A stretch of 64,000 nucleotides of DNA from an uncultured Gemmatimonadales bacterium (GCA_963707505.1 CAVPQB010000003.1:320001-384000), one strand, 5' to 3'. Counted from the stretch's first letter, positions 44,470 to 57,160 are shown. The notes: a model not told the origin generated them from the letters alone. A program made the numbers and translations.

Positions 44470-45009
44470 TTACTTGCCCCCGGCCTTACCGGCCTTGCGG
44501 CGAACCTGCTCGCCTTGATACTTGACTCCCTTGCCCTTGTACGGCTCGGGCGGACGCAGACTGCGCAACTCCGCTGCAACCTGGCCTACGATTTCCTTGT
44601 TCGCGCCTTCGACGACGATCTGCGTCGGCTGCGGCGCGCTCAGCTTGATTCCCTTGGGCGACTTGTACTCGACCGGATGCGAGAATCCAAGAGCCAGCTG
44701 CAGCCCGTACGGCCGAACCTCCGCCTTGTATCCAACGCCGACCAGCTCGAGTGTCTTCGAGAAACCTGCCGACACTCCCTCGACCATGTTCGCGACGAGC
44801 GTGCGGCTGAGGCCGTGCAGCGCCTTGTGCTTCTGGTCATCCGACGGACGCGCCACGACGACTTCACCGTTTTCCATCGACACTTTCATGTCCGCGTGGA
44901 TGGTGCGCTCGAGCTCGCCCTTGGGACCCTTGACCTTCACATTGTTGCCGTCGACCGTCACCGTTACGTTCGCCGGGACCGGGACTGGCTTCTTTCCAAT
45001 ACGTGACAT
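44470..45009 (-). CDS. rplF: 50S ribosomal protein L6
   Basis: [16 protein letters not shown]. Confidence 0.97.
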   Translation of the reverse strand: MSRIGKKPVPVPANVTVTVDGNNVKVKGPKGELERTIHADMKVSMENGEVVVARPSDDQKHKALHGLSRTLVANMVEGVSAGFSKTLELVGVGYKAEVRPYGLQLALGFSHPVEYKSPKGIKLSAPQPTQIVVEGANKEIVGQVAAELRSLRPPEPYKGKGVKYQGEQVRRKAGKAGGK

Positions 45010-45020
45010 TGTAGGCTCGC

Positions 45021-45425
45021 TTACCAGACTAGCGCGACGAGTTCGCCGCCGGTGCGATGCTGCCGCGCCTGGCGGTCGGACATGACACCTTGCGAAGTGC
45101 TGAGGATCGCCATGCCAAGTCCGTTGCGAACGCGCGGGATCTCGGTGACACCGACGTAACGTCGGAGACCGGGAGTCGAGACGCGTTGCAGATCACGGAT
45201 GACCGGCTGGCCCGTGCCAGCAGCGTACTTGAGGATGACACGCAGAATCTGCCGCCCTTCCTCGGTCTCGAGGGTGCGATAGTCCTGAATGTAGGAATTC
45301 TCTTTTAGGATCTGCGCGATCTGCGTTTTCACCTTTGACGCGGGCATGTCGACGCGGCGATGCTTCGCCCGGCACGCGTTGCGGATCCGCGTTAGCATAT
45401 CCGCGATCGGATCTGTCATACTCAT
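45021..45425 (-). CDS. rpsH: 30S ribosomal protein S8
   Basis: [24 protein letters not shown]. Confidence 0.97.
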   Translation of the reverse strand: MSMTDPIADMLTRIRNACRAKHRRVDMPASKVKTQIAQILKENSYIQDYRTLETEEGRQILRVILKYAAGTGQPVIRDLQRVSTPGLRRYVGVTEIPRVRNGLGMAILSTSQGVMSDRQARQHRTGGELVALVW

Positions 45426-45496
45426 CGTTCTGCTCTACCTCGTCCCGTCGTATCCGGAAACCGGACGTGCGGGGCTGCTGATGTTTGATATATCGA

Positions 45497-45520
45497 GGCG
45501 CGGATACATCCGCGCCCTAC
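45497..45520 (-). repeat. GTAG-type REP-like palindrome
   Basis: Minus strand GTAG-ggcgcggat-gt-atccgcgcc in the rpsN-rpsH spacer. Confidence 0.6.
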
Positions 45521-45546
45521 GGTTGGTGAATACGTCGACGACGTGT

Positions 45547-45852
45547 TTACCAACTCGCCTTACGCACGCCCGGGATGAATCCCGCCAGCGCCATGTCGCG
45601 GAACGCGATACGCGCGAGTCCGAACTGACGCAGGTACGCGCGCGGACGTCCGCTGAATTCGCAACGATTGCGAATGCGTACTACCGACGCGTCGCGCGGC
45701 ATCTTGCGAATCGCGGCATAAGCGTCAGCGCGCTGATCCGGCGTCGATGCCGGGTTCTTGATTATCGCCTTGAGCTCGCGACGACGCGCCGCGTACTTCG
45801 CGACGATTGCACGACGCTGCTCGTTCTTCTTGATCTTGGAAGTCTTCGCCAT
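45547..45852 (-). CDS. rpsN: 30S ribosomal protein S14, long zinc-independent form
   Basis: 101 aa; [34 protein letters not shown]; single Cys. Confidence 0.96.
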   Translation of the reverse strand: MAKTSKIKKNEQRRAIVAKYAARRRELKAIIKNPASTPDQRADAYAAIRKMPRDASVVRIRNRCEFSGRPRAYLRQFGLARIAFRDMALAGFIPGVRKASW

Positions 45853-45864
45853 TGTATGCTTCGG

Positions 45865-46629
45865 TTAACCGTGTACGATGACGGGCTTCTCTTCACCGCG
45901 GAACGGCATGCCGAGCTCGCGGAGAAGTGCAAGAGCCTGATCGTCCTTGTTCGTCGTCGTGACGAACGTGATGTCCATCCCGTGAATCTCATCTACCATA
46001 TCGTAGTTGATCTCGGGGAAGATCATCTGCTCCTTGACGCCCATCGTGTAGTTGCCGCGCCCGTCGAACGCGCGCGTGTTGAGTCCGCGGAAATCGCGAA
46101 TGCGGGGAATCGCGACCGTCACCAGACGATCGAGGAACTCCCACATGCGCGGACCACGCAGCGTCACCGACGCGCCGATCTCCTGACCTTCGCGCTGGCC
46201 GAAGTTGGCTATCGACTTCTTCGCCTTGCGCCGGACGGGGCGCTGGCCAGTTATGAGCGCCAGCTCGTCCACCACGATGTCGAGCACCTTGGAGTTACGA
46301 ATCGCTTCGCCAACGCCGCAGTTGATCACGATCTTCTCGATGGTCGGGATCTCGTGCAGGTTGCCGAATCCGTACTGCTTGGTGAGACGCGTCCGTACCG
46401 TCGCCTTGTAATGCTCACGCAGACGCGGCGCCGGAACCGGCAGCCCGGCGCCAGCGTGTTCCGTCGGAAGCAGCTGCTTGCGCTCTGCTCCGCGACCGGC
46501 TGACGCCTTGGTCGAGCTCTTGGATGACGTCTTTGGCGGAGTGGACTTTGCCGGCGATTTTCCGCCAGCCTTCGCCCCACCCTTGCCGCCCTTTGCGCCG
46601 CCCTTCTTGTTGTCTTGCTTGTTTGCCAT
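45865..46629 (-). CDS. rplE: 50S ribosomal protein L5 with Lys-rich N-terminal extension
   Basis: KIVINCGVG, PRIRDFRG, FDGRGNY, IFPEI. Confidence 0.97.
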   Translation of the reverse strand: MANKQDNKKGGAKGGKGGAKAGGKSPAKSTPPKTSSKSSTKASAGRGAERKQLLPTEHAGAGLPVPAPRLREHYKATVRTRLTKQYGFGNLHEIPTIEKIVINCGVGEAIRNSKVLDIVVDELALITGQRPVRRKAKKSIANFGQREGQEIGASVTLRGPRMWEFLDRLVTVAIPRIRDFRGLNTRAFDGRGNYTMGVKEQMIFPEINYDMVDEIHGMDITFVTTTNKDDQALALLRELGMPFRGEEKPVIVHG

Positions 46630-46641
46630 TTGCTCTATTCC

Positions 46642-47046
46642 TTAACGGGACGCCATCGGGATCGAGTCGCCGCTCTTGACGCTGACGCGCTCCTTCGTTC
46701 CGTCCTTGTCCGTGCGCGCCTTGACGCGCGTCGGCTTGCCTGACTTCGGATCGATGAGCATCACGTTCGATGCAGCGAACGGGGCTTCCATCTCGCGGAT
46801 GCCGCCCTCTTCCTCCGCACTCGTCGCGCGACGGTGCTTCTTCACGATGTTCACGCCCTTCACGAGGACGCGGTTCTTCTTGGTGAAGACACGGAGCACC
46901 GTGCCCTCCTTGCCCTTGTCGTCGCCGCGCATCACGCGCACGGTGTCGCCCTTGGCAACGTGAACGCTCGAGCGCTCCGCATTGGCCGAGTGACGATCGG
47001 TGGTGAGGCGGTTCCTGTTCGTCTTCCGATATTTCAACACGCGCAT
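46642..47046 (-). CDS. rplX: 50S ribosomal protein L24
   Basis: KGDTVRVMRGDDKGK KOW motif, EAP..SNV. Confidence 0.96.
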   Translation of the reverse strand: MRVLKYRKTNRNRLTTDRHSANAERSSVHVAKGDTVRVMRGDDKGKEGTVLRVFTKKNRVLVKGVNIVKKHRRATSAEEEGGIREMEAPFAASNVMLIDPKSGKPTRVKARTDKDGTKERVSVKSGDSIPMASR

Positions 47047-47047
47047 G

Positions 47048-47416
47048 CTACAGAACCTCCGGCGCCAGCGAGGCGATCTTCATGTACTTCTTGTCGCGGA
47101 TCTCACGTGCGACCGGACCGAACACGCGCGTCGCGCGCGGCTCGCCAGCGTCGTTGATGATCACGACCGCATTCTCATCAAAGCGGATGTAAGAGCCGTC
47201 CTTGCGGCGCGTCTCCTTCGCGGTGCGCACGACCACGGCGCGCGCCACGTCCGACTTCTTCACGGTTCCGTTCGGGAGGGCATCCTTCACCGCCACGATC
47301 ACGACGTCGCCAAGACCCGCGTAGCGCCGGCCTGTACCGCCCAGCACACGGATGACGAGCGCACGCTTCGCGCCGGAGTTGTCGGCAACCTTCACCATGG
47401 ACTCTTGCTGAATCAT
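47048..47416 (-). CDS. rplN: 50S ribosomal protein L14
   Basis: [26 protein letters not shown]. Confidence 0.98.
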   Translation of the reverse strand: MIQQESMVKVADNSGAKRALVIRVLGGTGRRYAGLGDVVIVAVKDALPNGTVKKSDVARAVVVRTAKETRRKDGSYIRFDENAVVIINDAGEPRATRVFGPVAREIRDKKYMKIASLAPEVL

Positions 47417-47428
47417 TGCAGTATCTCG

Positions 47429-47725
47429 TTAGCGTGCGCGCTCGACGATCTCGACCACTCGGAAGCGCTTGTCCTTCGACAACGGGCGCGTCTCCATGAT
47501 CCGTACCGTGTCGCCCAGCTTGGCCGAGTTGTCCTCGTCGTGAGCTTTGAGCTTCTTGGTACGCGTCATCATCTTGCCATAGACTGGGTGCTTCACGCGG
47601 CGCTCGATGGCGACCACCACGGTCTTCTCCATCTTGTCGCTCACGACCGTACCCGTGCGCATCTTGCGCGCGTTACGTGCCTCCGTCCCATTGGACGAAG
47701 CGGCGCCGTTAGTCATATCAGCCAT
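47429..47725 (-). CDS. rpsQ: 30S ribosomal protein S17
   Basis: [24 protein letters not shown]. Confidence 0.97.
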   Translation of the reverse strand: MADMTNGAASSNGTEARNARKMRTGTVVSDKMEKTVVVAIERRVKHPVYGKMMTRTKKLKAHDEDNSAKLGDTVRIMETRPLSKDKRFRVVEIVERAR

Positions 47726-47915
47726 TCTTCTGCTTCCTCTCGTTCTGCACCGTCTTGAGCCGCGCGATGTCGCGACGGATGAACCGCAGGCGTAGCGGAT
47801 TTTCCAGCGTCTCGGTTCCGGAACGGAACGTCAGTCGGAAGCGCTCTTCCTCCAGCTCGTTGATCTTCGCGATGACGTCAGAATCGATCATCTCGCGGAT
47901 TTCGTTAGCCTTCAT
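47718..47915 (-). CDS. rpmC: 50S ribosomal protein L29
   Basis: [21 protein letters not shown]. Confidence 0.95.
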   Translation of the reverse strand: MKANEIREMIDSDVIAKINELEEERFRLTFRSGTETLENPLRLRFIRRDIARLKTVQNERKQKNG

Positions 47916-48333
47916 CTGAATGCGCCTCCTCACGCTTCACGAACTTCGTCTTCACACTGAGCTTCGCCGCAGCAAGCGCCATCGCCTTCTGCGCGATCTC
48001 CAGCGTCACACCTTCCAGCTCGAACATCACACGGCCAGGCTTCACCACGGCCACCCAACCCTCGGGTGAGCCCTTTCCCTTACCCATGCGCGTTTCTGCC
48101 GGCTTCTTCGTGATCGGCTTGTCGGGGAAGATGCGAATCCACACCTTTCCGCCACGCTTGATGTGACGCGTGAGCGCCACACGAGCGGCTTCGATCTGCC
48201 GGTTCGTGACCCAGCCTGGCTCCAACGCCTGAAGGCCGAAATCGCCGAACGAAACCTTCGATCCACGAGTCGCCAATCCCTTCGTGCGACCCTTGAACAT
48301 CTTGCGGAACTTTACCCGCTTCGGACTGAGCAT
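47905..48333 (-). CDS. rplP: 50S ribosomal protein L16
   Basis: [18 protein letters not shown]. Confidence 0.98.
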   Translation of the reverse strand: MLSPKRVKFRKMFKGRTKGLATRGSKVSFGDFGLQALEPGWVTNRQIEAARVALTRHIKRGGKVWIRIFPDKPITKKPAETRMGKGKGSPEGWVAVVKPGRVMFELEGVTLEIAQKAMALAAAKLSVKTKFVKREEAHSDEG

Positions 48334-48345
48334 CTCTAATTCTCC

Positions 48346-49006
48346 TTACGCGTCCGTCGAGTAAGTCTTGCCGCGACGATCTTCAACGATCTCACCCTTG
48401 AAGATCCAGACCTTCACACCGATGGTGCCGAAGGTCGTCTTCGCGGTCGACGTCGCGTAATCGATGTCGGCGCGCAGCGTCTGAAGAGGCACACGACCCT
48501 CGTGATACCCTTCGACACGCGCGATCTCGGCGCCGCCGAGACGGCCGCCGCACTTGACCTTGATTCCGCCGCGCGCCCATGCGCATCGAGCTCTGCACCG
48601 CGCGCTTCATGGCGCGACGGAACGAGATGCGCTGAGCAAGCTGGTTCGCGATGTTGTCGGCGACGAGCTGCGCATCCAGCTCCGGACGCTTGATCTCTTC
48701 GACGTTGATGCCGACTTCCTTGCCCGACAGCCGGCTCAGCTCGTCACGCAGCTGGTCGACTTCGGTTCCCTTCTTTCCGATGACGACGCCCGGACGACCG
48801 GTGTGGATCGTCACCACGACCTTGCCAGGCTTGCGCTCGATCGTGACGTCGGAGATCGCGGCGTGACCGAGACGTGCGTGCAGATACTTGCGGAGGAGTG
48901 CGTCCTCCTTGAGCATCGCGGGCATGTCACGATTCGCGTAGTAACGCGACCGCCAGTTCTTCGAGACACCAAGGCGAAAGCCGATTGGATGTGTCTTCTG
49001 TCCCAT
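48346..49006 (-). CDS. rpsC: 30S ribosomal protein S3; frameshifted
   Basis: [29 protein letters not shown]. Confidence 0.96.
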
Positions 49007-49496
49007 TACTGCTCTCCCTCGGTCTTCTTGGCCGTCTTCTTCGCGGCAGTCTTTGCCGTCGTCTTCTTCGCAGCGGTCTTCCTGGCCGCGGCCTTCTTCG
49101 CTACCGGCTTCGGCTTCGCCGCGCGCTCGGAGACGATGATGTCGACGTGGCTCGTGCGCTTCCTGATCGGAGTAGCACGACCCTGCGCCGCCGGCATGAA
49201 CCGCTTGATCGGCCGGACCTTCGTTGATCACGGCGTGCGACACCACCAGCAGGTCAAGATCGATCGCTTCGTTCGCCTGGCGCGCCTTGTACTCGGCGTT
49301 CGCAACGGCTGACGACAGCGTCTTCTCGATCTGCTTCGCCGCGTGCTTCTTCGAGAAGCGCGAGCAGCGCAAGCGCGTCGTTCACGTTCTTGCCGCGGAT
49401 CTGATCGATCACGAGGCGCATCTTGTACGGCGACTGACGCGTGGTGCGCTGAATCGCGCGTGCACGCTGCGGTCATAACGGTGACGTTGCGGCCAT
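49006..49496 (-). CDS. rplV: 50S ribosomal protein L22 with Ala/Lys-repeat C-tail; frameshifted
   Basis: [36 protein letters not shown] tail. Confidence 0.93.
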
Positions 49497-49497
49497 G

Positions 49498-49808
49498 TTA
49501 CTTGCCACCCTTGGCCGGCACGCCCGCCGCCTTCTTGTCGGTCGCCTTGTTGCCCGGTGTGACCACGGAAGAGCCGCGTCGGCGAGAACTCGCCAAGCTT
49601 GTGCCCAACCATGTTCTCCGTCACGTACACCGGGATGAACTTGTTGCCGTTGTGCACCGCGAACGTGTGCCCGACGAAGTCAGGAAGGATCGTGCTCGCG
49701 CGCGACCACGTCTTCATGACCTTCTTCTCGTTGCGGCCGTTCATCGCCGTCGACTTTCGACATCAGCGATTCGTGTACGAACGGACCCTTTCGTACGCTA
49801 CGTCCCAT
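49498..49808 (-). CDS. rpsS: 30S ribosomal protein S19; frameshifted
   Basis: [26 protein letters not shown]. Confidence 0.95.
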
Positions 49809-49823
49809 ATTCGATTACCCGTC

Positions 49824-50661
49824 TTAAGACTGCGTCGCCTTACCGCGGCGACGGCCGCGCACGATTAGCCGCTGTCGACGGCTTCTTCGAATGGCGTGTC
49901 TTCACGCCTTCCTTCTTGCCCCACGGCGACACGACGTTACGTCCGCCGCGTGTACGACCACCATGCGGGTGATCCACCGGGTTCATCACTTCACCGCGCA
50001 CCTTCGGACGCTTGCCGAGCCAGCGCGACTTGCCTGCCTTTCCATGCGACAACAGCTCGTGCTCGGCGTTGCCGACAATGCCGACCGTCGCCATGCACAT
50101 TCCGTGAACCAGCCGAACTTCGGTCGAGCCGAGCTGGAGCGTCACGTACTCGCCTTCCTTCGCAACGACCTGCGCCGACATTCCAGCCGAGCGTGCCATC
50201 TGGCCGCCCTTGCCGGGCTTGAGCTCGATGTTGTGCACATCGGTGCCGAGCGGCATCTCGCGCAACGGAAGCGCGTTGCCGATGCGCGTGTCGGAACCAG
50301 GTCCCGCAATGACGGTGTCGCCGACGCGACAGTCCCTTCGGGATGCAGGATGTAGCGCTTCTCGCCGTCCTCGTAACGCACCAGCGCGATGCGCGCCGAG
50401 CGGTTCGGATCGTACTCGATGTGCTCGCACGATCGCAGGCATCGCGAACTTGTTGCGCTTGAAGTCGATGACGCGGTACTGGCGCTTGTGACCACCACCG
50501 ATGCGACGCATCGCGATGTGGCCGTGATTGTCACGACCGCCCGACTTGGGAAGTGGCTCGACGAGCGACTTCTCAGGCGTGCTGCGCGTGATCTCGGCGA
50601 AGTCCGACACGGAGCGGAAACGCGAGCTCTTCGTGACCGGCTTGAACTGACGAATTGCCAT
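49824..50661 (-). CDS. rplB: 50S ribosomal protein L2; frameshifted
   Basis: [31 protein letters not shown]. Confidence 0.96.
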
Positions 50662-50670
50662 GGTGGCTGC

Positions 50671-50959
50671 TTAACCCTCGAAGATGTCGATCGTGTCGCC
50701 CTGCTTCAGCGTCACGATGGCCTTTTTCCAATTCGCGCGCTTGCCGACCGACTGGCCGACGCGACGCGTTCTTGCCGCGGCAGTTCATCGTCTGCACGCC
50801 AGTCACGGTCACGCCGAAGAGCTTCTCGATCGCCTGTCTGATCGCCGTCTTGTTCGCGTCAGGCGCAACCTCGAAGGTGTACTCCTGGCGATCCTGATAA
50901 GCCGCCGACGTCTTCTCCGTCATGATCGGACGAACGATGGTGCGGAACATTGTTGCCAT
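50671..50959 (-). CDS. rplW: 50S ribosomal protein L23; frameshifted
   Basis: [23 protein letters not shown]. Confidence 0.94.
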
Positions 50960-50962
50960 GTG

Positions 50963-51739
50963 CTACTTCTCCTTCTTGGCCGAAGTCTTCTTGGCCGTCG
51001 TCTTCTTGGCAGCGGTAGTCTTCTTTGCTGCAGGTGCCTTCTTCGCAGCGGTCTTGCGCGCGGGCTTTTCGACCCTCGGCAACCGGAGCGAGACGACTGG
51101 CCGATCGCGCCGGACTCGACGAGACACCACGTCGCTCCACAGAATGTGGTACGTCGACGCATCGGAGAACGGCATCACGTGCGCGCTCGGAAGATTGCGG
51201 CAGCTCAGGTACACGTTCCTGTTCACGCCATCGGTGAGAATGAGAACCTTCTTCCCGTTCACGCCGAGTGACTCGAGCAATCCGAGCAACTGCGCCGTCT
51301 TGGGCGCATCGTAGTCGAAGCGATCGATCACGAACAACGAATCTTCAGAAGCACGTGCATTCAGCGCGCTCTTGCGAGCGAGAACCTTGACCTTCTTGTT
51401 CGTGCCCATCGTGTAATCGCGCGGCGTCGGACCGAAGACCGTACCACCACCGACCCAGTGCGGAGCGCGCGTCGAGCCCTGACGAGCGCGACCAGTTCCC
51501 TTCTGCTTCCACGGCTTCTGATTACCACCGGTAACGAAGCCGCGCGTCTTGGTCGACGCGGTGCCCTGACGCTGGTTGGCGAGATACGCCTTGACCGCGT
51601 GATGCATCACCGGGAAGTTGATCGTGCCGTCGAACAGATCGGTCGGAAGCGTTACTGCATCGCGCTGCGTGCCACCACCGGTGTACGCAGCCGCGGTGCG
51701 CGCGGTCACTTCCTGTTCCGTGTTTTCTGTGTCAGCCAT
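50963..51739 (-). CDS. rplD: 50S ribosomal protein L4 with Lys/Ala-rich C-tail
   Basis: RQGTASTK, KPWKQKGTGRARQGS. Confidence 0.96.
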   Translation of the reverse strand: MADTENTEQEVTARTAAAYTGGGTQRDAVTLPTDLFDGTINFPVMHHAVKAYLANQRQGTASTKTRGFVTGGNQKPWKQKGTGRARQGSTRAPHWVGGGTVFGPTPRDYTMGTNKKVKVLARKSALNARASEDSLFVIDRFDYDAPKTAQLLGLLESLGVNGKKVLILTDGVNRNVYLSCRNLPSAHVMPFSDASTYHILWSDVVSRRVRRDRPVVSLRLPRVEKPARKTAAKKAPAAKKTTAAKKTTAKKTSAKKEK

Positions 51740-51741
51740 GA

Positions 51742-52425
51742 TTAAGCCTGCTTGCGGATCATCACGATCCCGCTGCGGGGACCGGCGATGCTGCCGCGGA
51801 TGTAGATCAGGTTACGCTCCATGTCGATCTTCTCGACGCGGAGATGCGTCTGCGTGTGGCGCTCGTCACCGTAACGACCGGGCATCTTCTTGCCCTTGAT
51901 GACGCGGGACGGATCCGTACCAGGTCCGATCGAGCCAGGACGACGATGCTTGGTGTTGCCGTGCGTGTTCGGTCCGCCGCCAAAGCCCCAGCGCTTCACA
52001 ACACCCTGGAAGCCGCGGCCCTTGGTGGTGCCCGTAACCTTTACCGTGTCGCCCGGCGCAAAGATCGAAATGTCGATCATGTCGCCAACGTTGTACGTCG
52101 GGATCTCGGGATCCTTGCCTGGCGCATCGTCGATGCGGAACGACTTGAGCGTGTGTGGCGGTGCGTCGAGACCAGCCTTCTTCGCATGACCGATCTCAGC
52201 CTTGTTCGCGCGACGACCGCGCGGCGTGCGCTCGTTCTGCTTCGAATCGCGCGCGATGCGCTGCGTTCCGAAACCGAGCTGCACCGATGCGAAGCCCGAC
52301 TCTTCCTTGCTGGTCACGAGCAACACCGGATTGGGTGTCGCCTCGACGACCGTGCAGGGAATCTGCTGGCCGAGCTCATTGAATATCTGGGTCATGCCCA
52401 GCTTTCTGCCGATGATTCCAATCAT
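51742..52425 (-). CDS. rplC: 50S ribosomal protein L3
   Basis: GRKLGMTQ, KGRGFQGVVKR, KGKKMPG. Confidence 0.97.
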   Translation of the reverse strand: MIGIIGRKLGMTQIFNELGQQIPCTVVEATPNPVLLVTSKEESGFASVQLGFGTQRIARDSKQNERTPRGRRANKAEIGHAKKAGLDAPPHTLKSFRIDDAPGKDPEIPTYNVGDMIDISIFAPGDTVKVTGTTKGRGFQGVVKRWGFGGGPNTHGNTKHRRPGSIGPGTDPSRVIKGKKMPGRYGDERHTQTHLRVEKIDMERNLIYIRGSIAGPRSGIVMIRKQA

Positions 52426-52432
52426 TGTAGTT

Positions 52433-52741
<309 letters not shown>

Positions 52742-52753
52742 TATACGATCCTG

Positions 52754-53948
<1,195 letters not shown>

Positions 53949-53999
53949 TATTCGCTCTTTCCTTTATCCGGTTCGTTTATGCGCGCGGGATACACCCAC

Positions 54000-54156
54000 C
54001 CCAACATCATCACCCACATCTATCGTACGTACGGGCGACGCCTGCGCCGCCCCTGCATCATCATCCACATCATCCACCGCAGGGGCGACCCACGCCCCGC
54101 CCCTGCATCATCATCCACATCATCCACGGTACGGGCGACGCATGCGTCGCCCCTGC
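54000..54156. repeat. Tandem REP-like array, 50-bp period, three palindromic units with near-identical linkers
   Basis: Units at 54029, 54079, 54129 (gtacgggcgacgcatgcgtcgcccctgc-like) joined by atcatcatccacatcatccac. Confidence 0.85.
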
Positions 54157-56277
54157 CTATTTCTTCACCTTGCTCATGATTTCTTCGGCGGCGGCCTTCG
54201 GGACTTCCTCGTAATGACTGAATTCCATCGAATAAACCGCGCGACCCTGCGACATCGAGCGAAGCTTGGTTGAATAACCAAACATCTCCGCGAGCGGCAC
54301 CTGCGCATCGATCACCTGCGCCTCACCGCGCTGATTCATTCCGCCGATGCGACCGCGACGGGACGAAAGATCACCGAGCACATCGCCCATGTAATCGTTC
54401 GGCGACACAACTTCGACCTTCATGATCGGCTCGAGAATGATCGCGCCCGCCTTGCGTGCGCCGTCCTTCACCGCCATCGAGCCCGCGATCTTGAACGCCA
54501 TTTCGCTCGAATCGACGTCGTGGTACGAGCCATAAACCAGCTCGACTTTCACGTCCACCATCGGATATCCGGCGATGACACCACCCTCGAGCGCTTCCTT
54601 GATACCAGCCTCGATCGGGTTGATGAACTCGCGCGGAATCACACCGCCGACGATCTTGTCCTCGAACACGAATCCCTGACCCTGCTCGGCGGGCATCACG
54701 TTGATTACAACGTGTCCGTACTGGCCCTTACCGCCAGACTGACGAATGAACTTTCCTTCGACCTTGTCGACGCGCTTCTTGATCGTCTCACGATATGCAA
54801 CCTGCGGACGGCCGATATTTGCATCGACCTTGAACTCGCGCTGCATGCGATCGACGATGATCTCGAGGTGCAGCTCGCCCATTCCAGAGATGATCGTCTG
54901 ATTCGTTTCCGGATCAGAATGCACGCGGAACGTCGGATCCTCTTCGGCGAGCTTCTGCAATGCGATCGCGAGCTTGTCCTGATCCGCCTTGGTCTTGGGC
55001 TCGATTGCAACGTCGATGACCGGAGCCGGAAACTTCATCGCTTCCAGAACGATCGGCTGCTCTTCCATCGTCAGCGTGTCGCCCGTGCGCGTGTCGCGAA
55101 GTCCGATGGCAGCTGCGATGTCGCCGCAATGCACTTCCTCGATCTCCTCGCGCTTGTTCGAGTGCATCTGCAACAGGCGGCCGATGCGCTCGCGCTTGCC
55201 CTTGGTCGCGTTGTACACGTACGAGCCGCTCTGCAGCACGCCGGAGTACACACGGAAGAACGTCAGCTTACCGACGAATGGATCGGTCGCGATCTTGAAT
55301 GCGAGACCTGCAAACGGTGCGTCGTCGGAAACTTCGCGCGTCTCGACCAGCTCGTTGTGGTCGGGGATATGACCTTCGACGGGCGGAACGTCGAGCGGGG
55401 ACGGCATGTAATCGATGACTGCATCGAGCAACGCCTGAACGCCCTTGTTCTTGAACGAGGCGCCGCACAACACTGGAACGATGTGACCACCGATGGTCGC
55501 AACGCGAATCGCGTGACGGATCTCGTCATCGCTCAGCTCCGCGCCGCCGAGATATTTCTCGAGCAAGGGCTCGTCGTGCGACACGGCAGCCTCGATCACC
55601 GCGTGACGCGCCTCGTCGACGGCAGCCTTGAACTTCTCAGGCACGTCGACAACCTCGAACTTCTTGCCGAGTGATTCGTCGTCGAAGATGTACTGCTTGC
55701 GTTCGATGACGTCGATGTGGCCGGTGAACGTATCACCGGAGCCGACCGGCAGCTGGATCGGATACGACTCTTTCGAGAGACGATCGCGGATCATTCGCAT
55801 GCAACGCTCGAAATCAGCGCCTGTACGGTCCATCTTGTTGGCGAAGATCAGGCGCGGAACACCATAGCGATCGCCCTGACGCCACACGGTCTCGGTCTGG
55901 GGCTCGACACCAGCGACCGAATCCAGAAGCGTGACTGCACCGTCGAGCACGCGCAACGAGCGCTCTACTTCGACCGTGAAATCAACGTGCCCAGGGGTAT
56001 CGATGATGTTGATGCGGTACTCGGGACCGGTTCCCTGCTCATCGCTCTGCCCGTGACGGCGCCAGAAAGCGGTAGTCGCGGCAGACGTGATCGTGATGCC
56101 CCGCTCCTGCTCCTGCTCCATCCAGTCCATGGTCGCAGTGCCTTCATGGACTTCACCGATTTTGTGCGACTTACCGGTGTAATAAAGGATGCGCTCGGTC
56201 GTGGTCGTCTTACCAGCATCGATGTGTGCCATGATGCCGATGTTGCGATAATGTTCGAGCGGGGTGTGGCGAGCCAT
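54157..56277 (-). CDS. fusA: Elongation factor G
   Basis: [44 protein letters not shown]. Confidence 0.98.
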   Translation of the reverse strand: MARHTPLEHYRNIGIMAHIDAGKTTTTERILYYTGKSHKIGEVHEGTATMDWMEQEQERGITITSAATTAFWRRHGQSDEQGTGPEYRINIIDTPGHVDFTVEVERSLRVLDGAVTLLDSVAGVEPQTETVWRQGDRYGVPRLIFANKMDRTGADFERCMRMIRDRLSKESYPIQLPVGSGDTFTGHIDVIERKQYIFDDESLGKKFEVVDVPEKFKAAVDEARHAVIEAAVSHDEPLLEKYLGGAELSDDEIRHAIRVATIGGHIVPVLCGASFKNKGVQALLDAVIDYMPSPLDVPPVEGHIPDHNELVETREVSDDAPFAGLAFKIATDPFVGKLTFFRVYSGVLQSGSYVYNATKGKRERIGRLLQMHSNKREEIEEVHCGDIAAAIGLRDTRTGDTLTMEEQPIVLEAMKFPAPVIDVAIEPKTKADQDKLAIALQKLAEEDPTFRVHSDPETNQTIISGMGELHLEIIVDRMQREFKVDANIGRPQVAYRETIKKRVDKVEGKFIRQSGGKGQYGHVVINVMPAEQGQGFVFEDKIVGGVIPREFINPIEAGIKEALEGGVIAGYPMVDVKVELVYGSYHDVDSSEMAFKIAGSMAVKDGARKAGAIILEPIMKVEVVSPNDYMGDVLGDLSSRRGRIGGMNQRGEAQVIDAQVPLAEMFGYSTKLRSMSQGRAVYSMEFSHYEEVPKAAAEEIMSKVKK

Positions 56278-56450
56278 GTCTATATCAGCGGGTCAAATCG
56301 TCTAAGAGCAACAAAAACGCGGGTGGACCGGGCGTCCCATCTGGGACCGGTATCCATCCGCCGCCGCCGGGTGCAGCCGCCATTGATGCGCAGCTGGGGA
56401 CTCGAGGCGCGCCGGCATTGGCCGGCGATTGGTTTTCGGTGTAGCCCTTA

Positions 56451-56478
56451 ATTATACCGCAACTATCCCCCAAGTCAA
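56451..56478 (-). promoter_or_regulatory. Sigma70-type promoter for fusA-tuf-S10-spc
   Basis: TTGACT-N16-TATAAT on the minus strand, ~175 bp upstream of the fusA start. Confidence 0.75.
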
Positions 56479-56611
56479 CGCCTCGGCACCACCCAAAACA
56501 CCGAACGCGCACGGGTCGATACAACGCGGCTCACAAGCGGGTTCACAACGGGGGGTCACAAGGCACCGCCACCCTCTCAAAATTCCCCCGCTCGTGACGA
56601 CACTTCGGGGA

Positions 56612-57136
56612 GTGAAAAACACCTCGCTCCTTGGTAGCCGCGCCGGCTTCGCCGCGCTGGCTCTATCGCTCGCCGCTGCAATCACCGCCTGCGGCGCAGA
56701 CTCCGGCATCACCGCCCCCGACACCACCGGCCAGTTCTCGGCCGTCGTCTCAGCCGGAAGTCAGATCTCTCTGACCGGCAATGCCGGTCTCCTCTCCCTG
56801 CCCGCGACCGGCTCGGATAGCACTTCGCCACCTGCGAGCGCGATTCTCATCCTTCAGGACAAGAAAACCAGTGCACAGATGGGCTTCCAATGGATCGGGA
56901 CAGCCATGCCGGCCGCTGGGAGCTACTCCGTAGGGGCAGGCGATCTGGATGTTGCGGTGGCCTTCATGGACAGCACCGGAGCGGTGTTCGACGGCGTCGG
57001 CGGCAGCGTTACCCTGGCTGCGGTTTCGAAGGGCCACGTGACCGGTACTTTCTCCGTGACGGCCCAGCCGTCGGACAGCACGGGTCAAAGCGCGACTATC
57101 TCGGGCAGCTTCGACGCCCTGGTCGTCGTCCAGTAG
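56612..57136 (+). CDS. Hypothetical beta-rich lipoprotein
   Basis: GGGGA SD + GTG start; signal ending AAAITAC; beta-strand pattern ending SGSFDA. Confidence 0.75.
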   Translation: MKNTSLLGSRAGFAALALSLAAAITACGADSGITAPDTTGQFSAVVSAGSQISLTGNAGLLSLPATGSDSTSPPASAILILQDKKTSAQMGFQWIGTAMPAAGSYSVGAGDLDVAVAFMDSTGAVFDGVGGSVTLAAVSKGHVTGTFSVTAQPSDSTGQSATISGSFDALVVVQ

Positions 57137-57160
57137 CCGTATCGTCCACTAGCCGTGGTT

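Noticed and set aside
54000..54156. Mini-CRISPR array
   Set aside because: Linkers are near-identical while the palindromes vary, and no cas genes are present; fits a REP array
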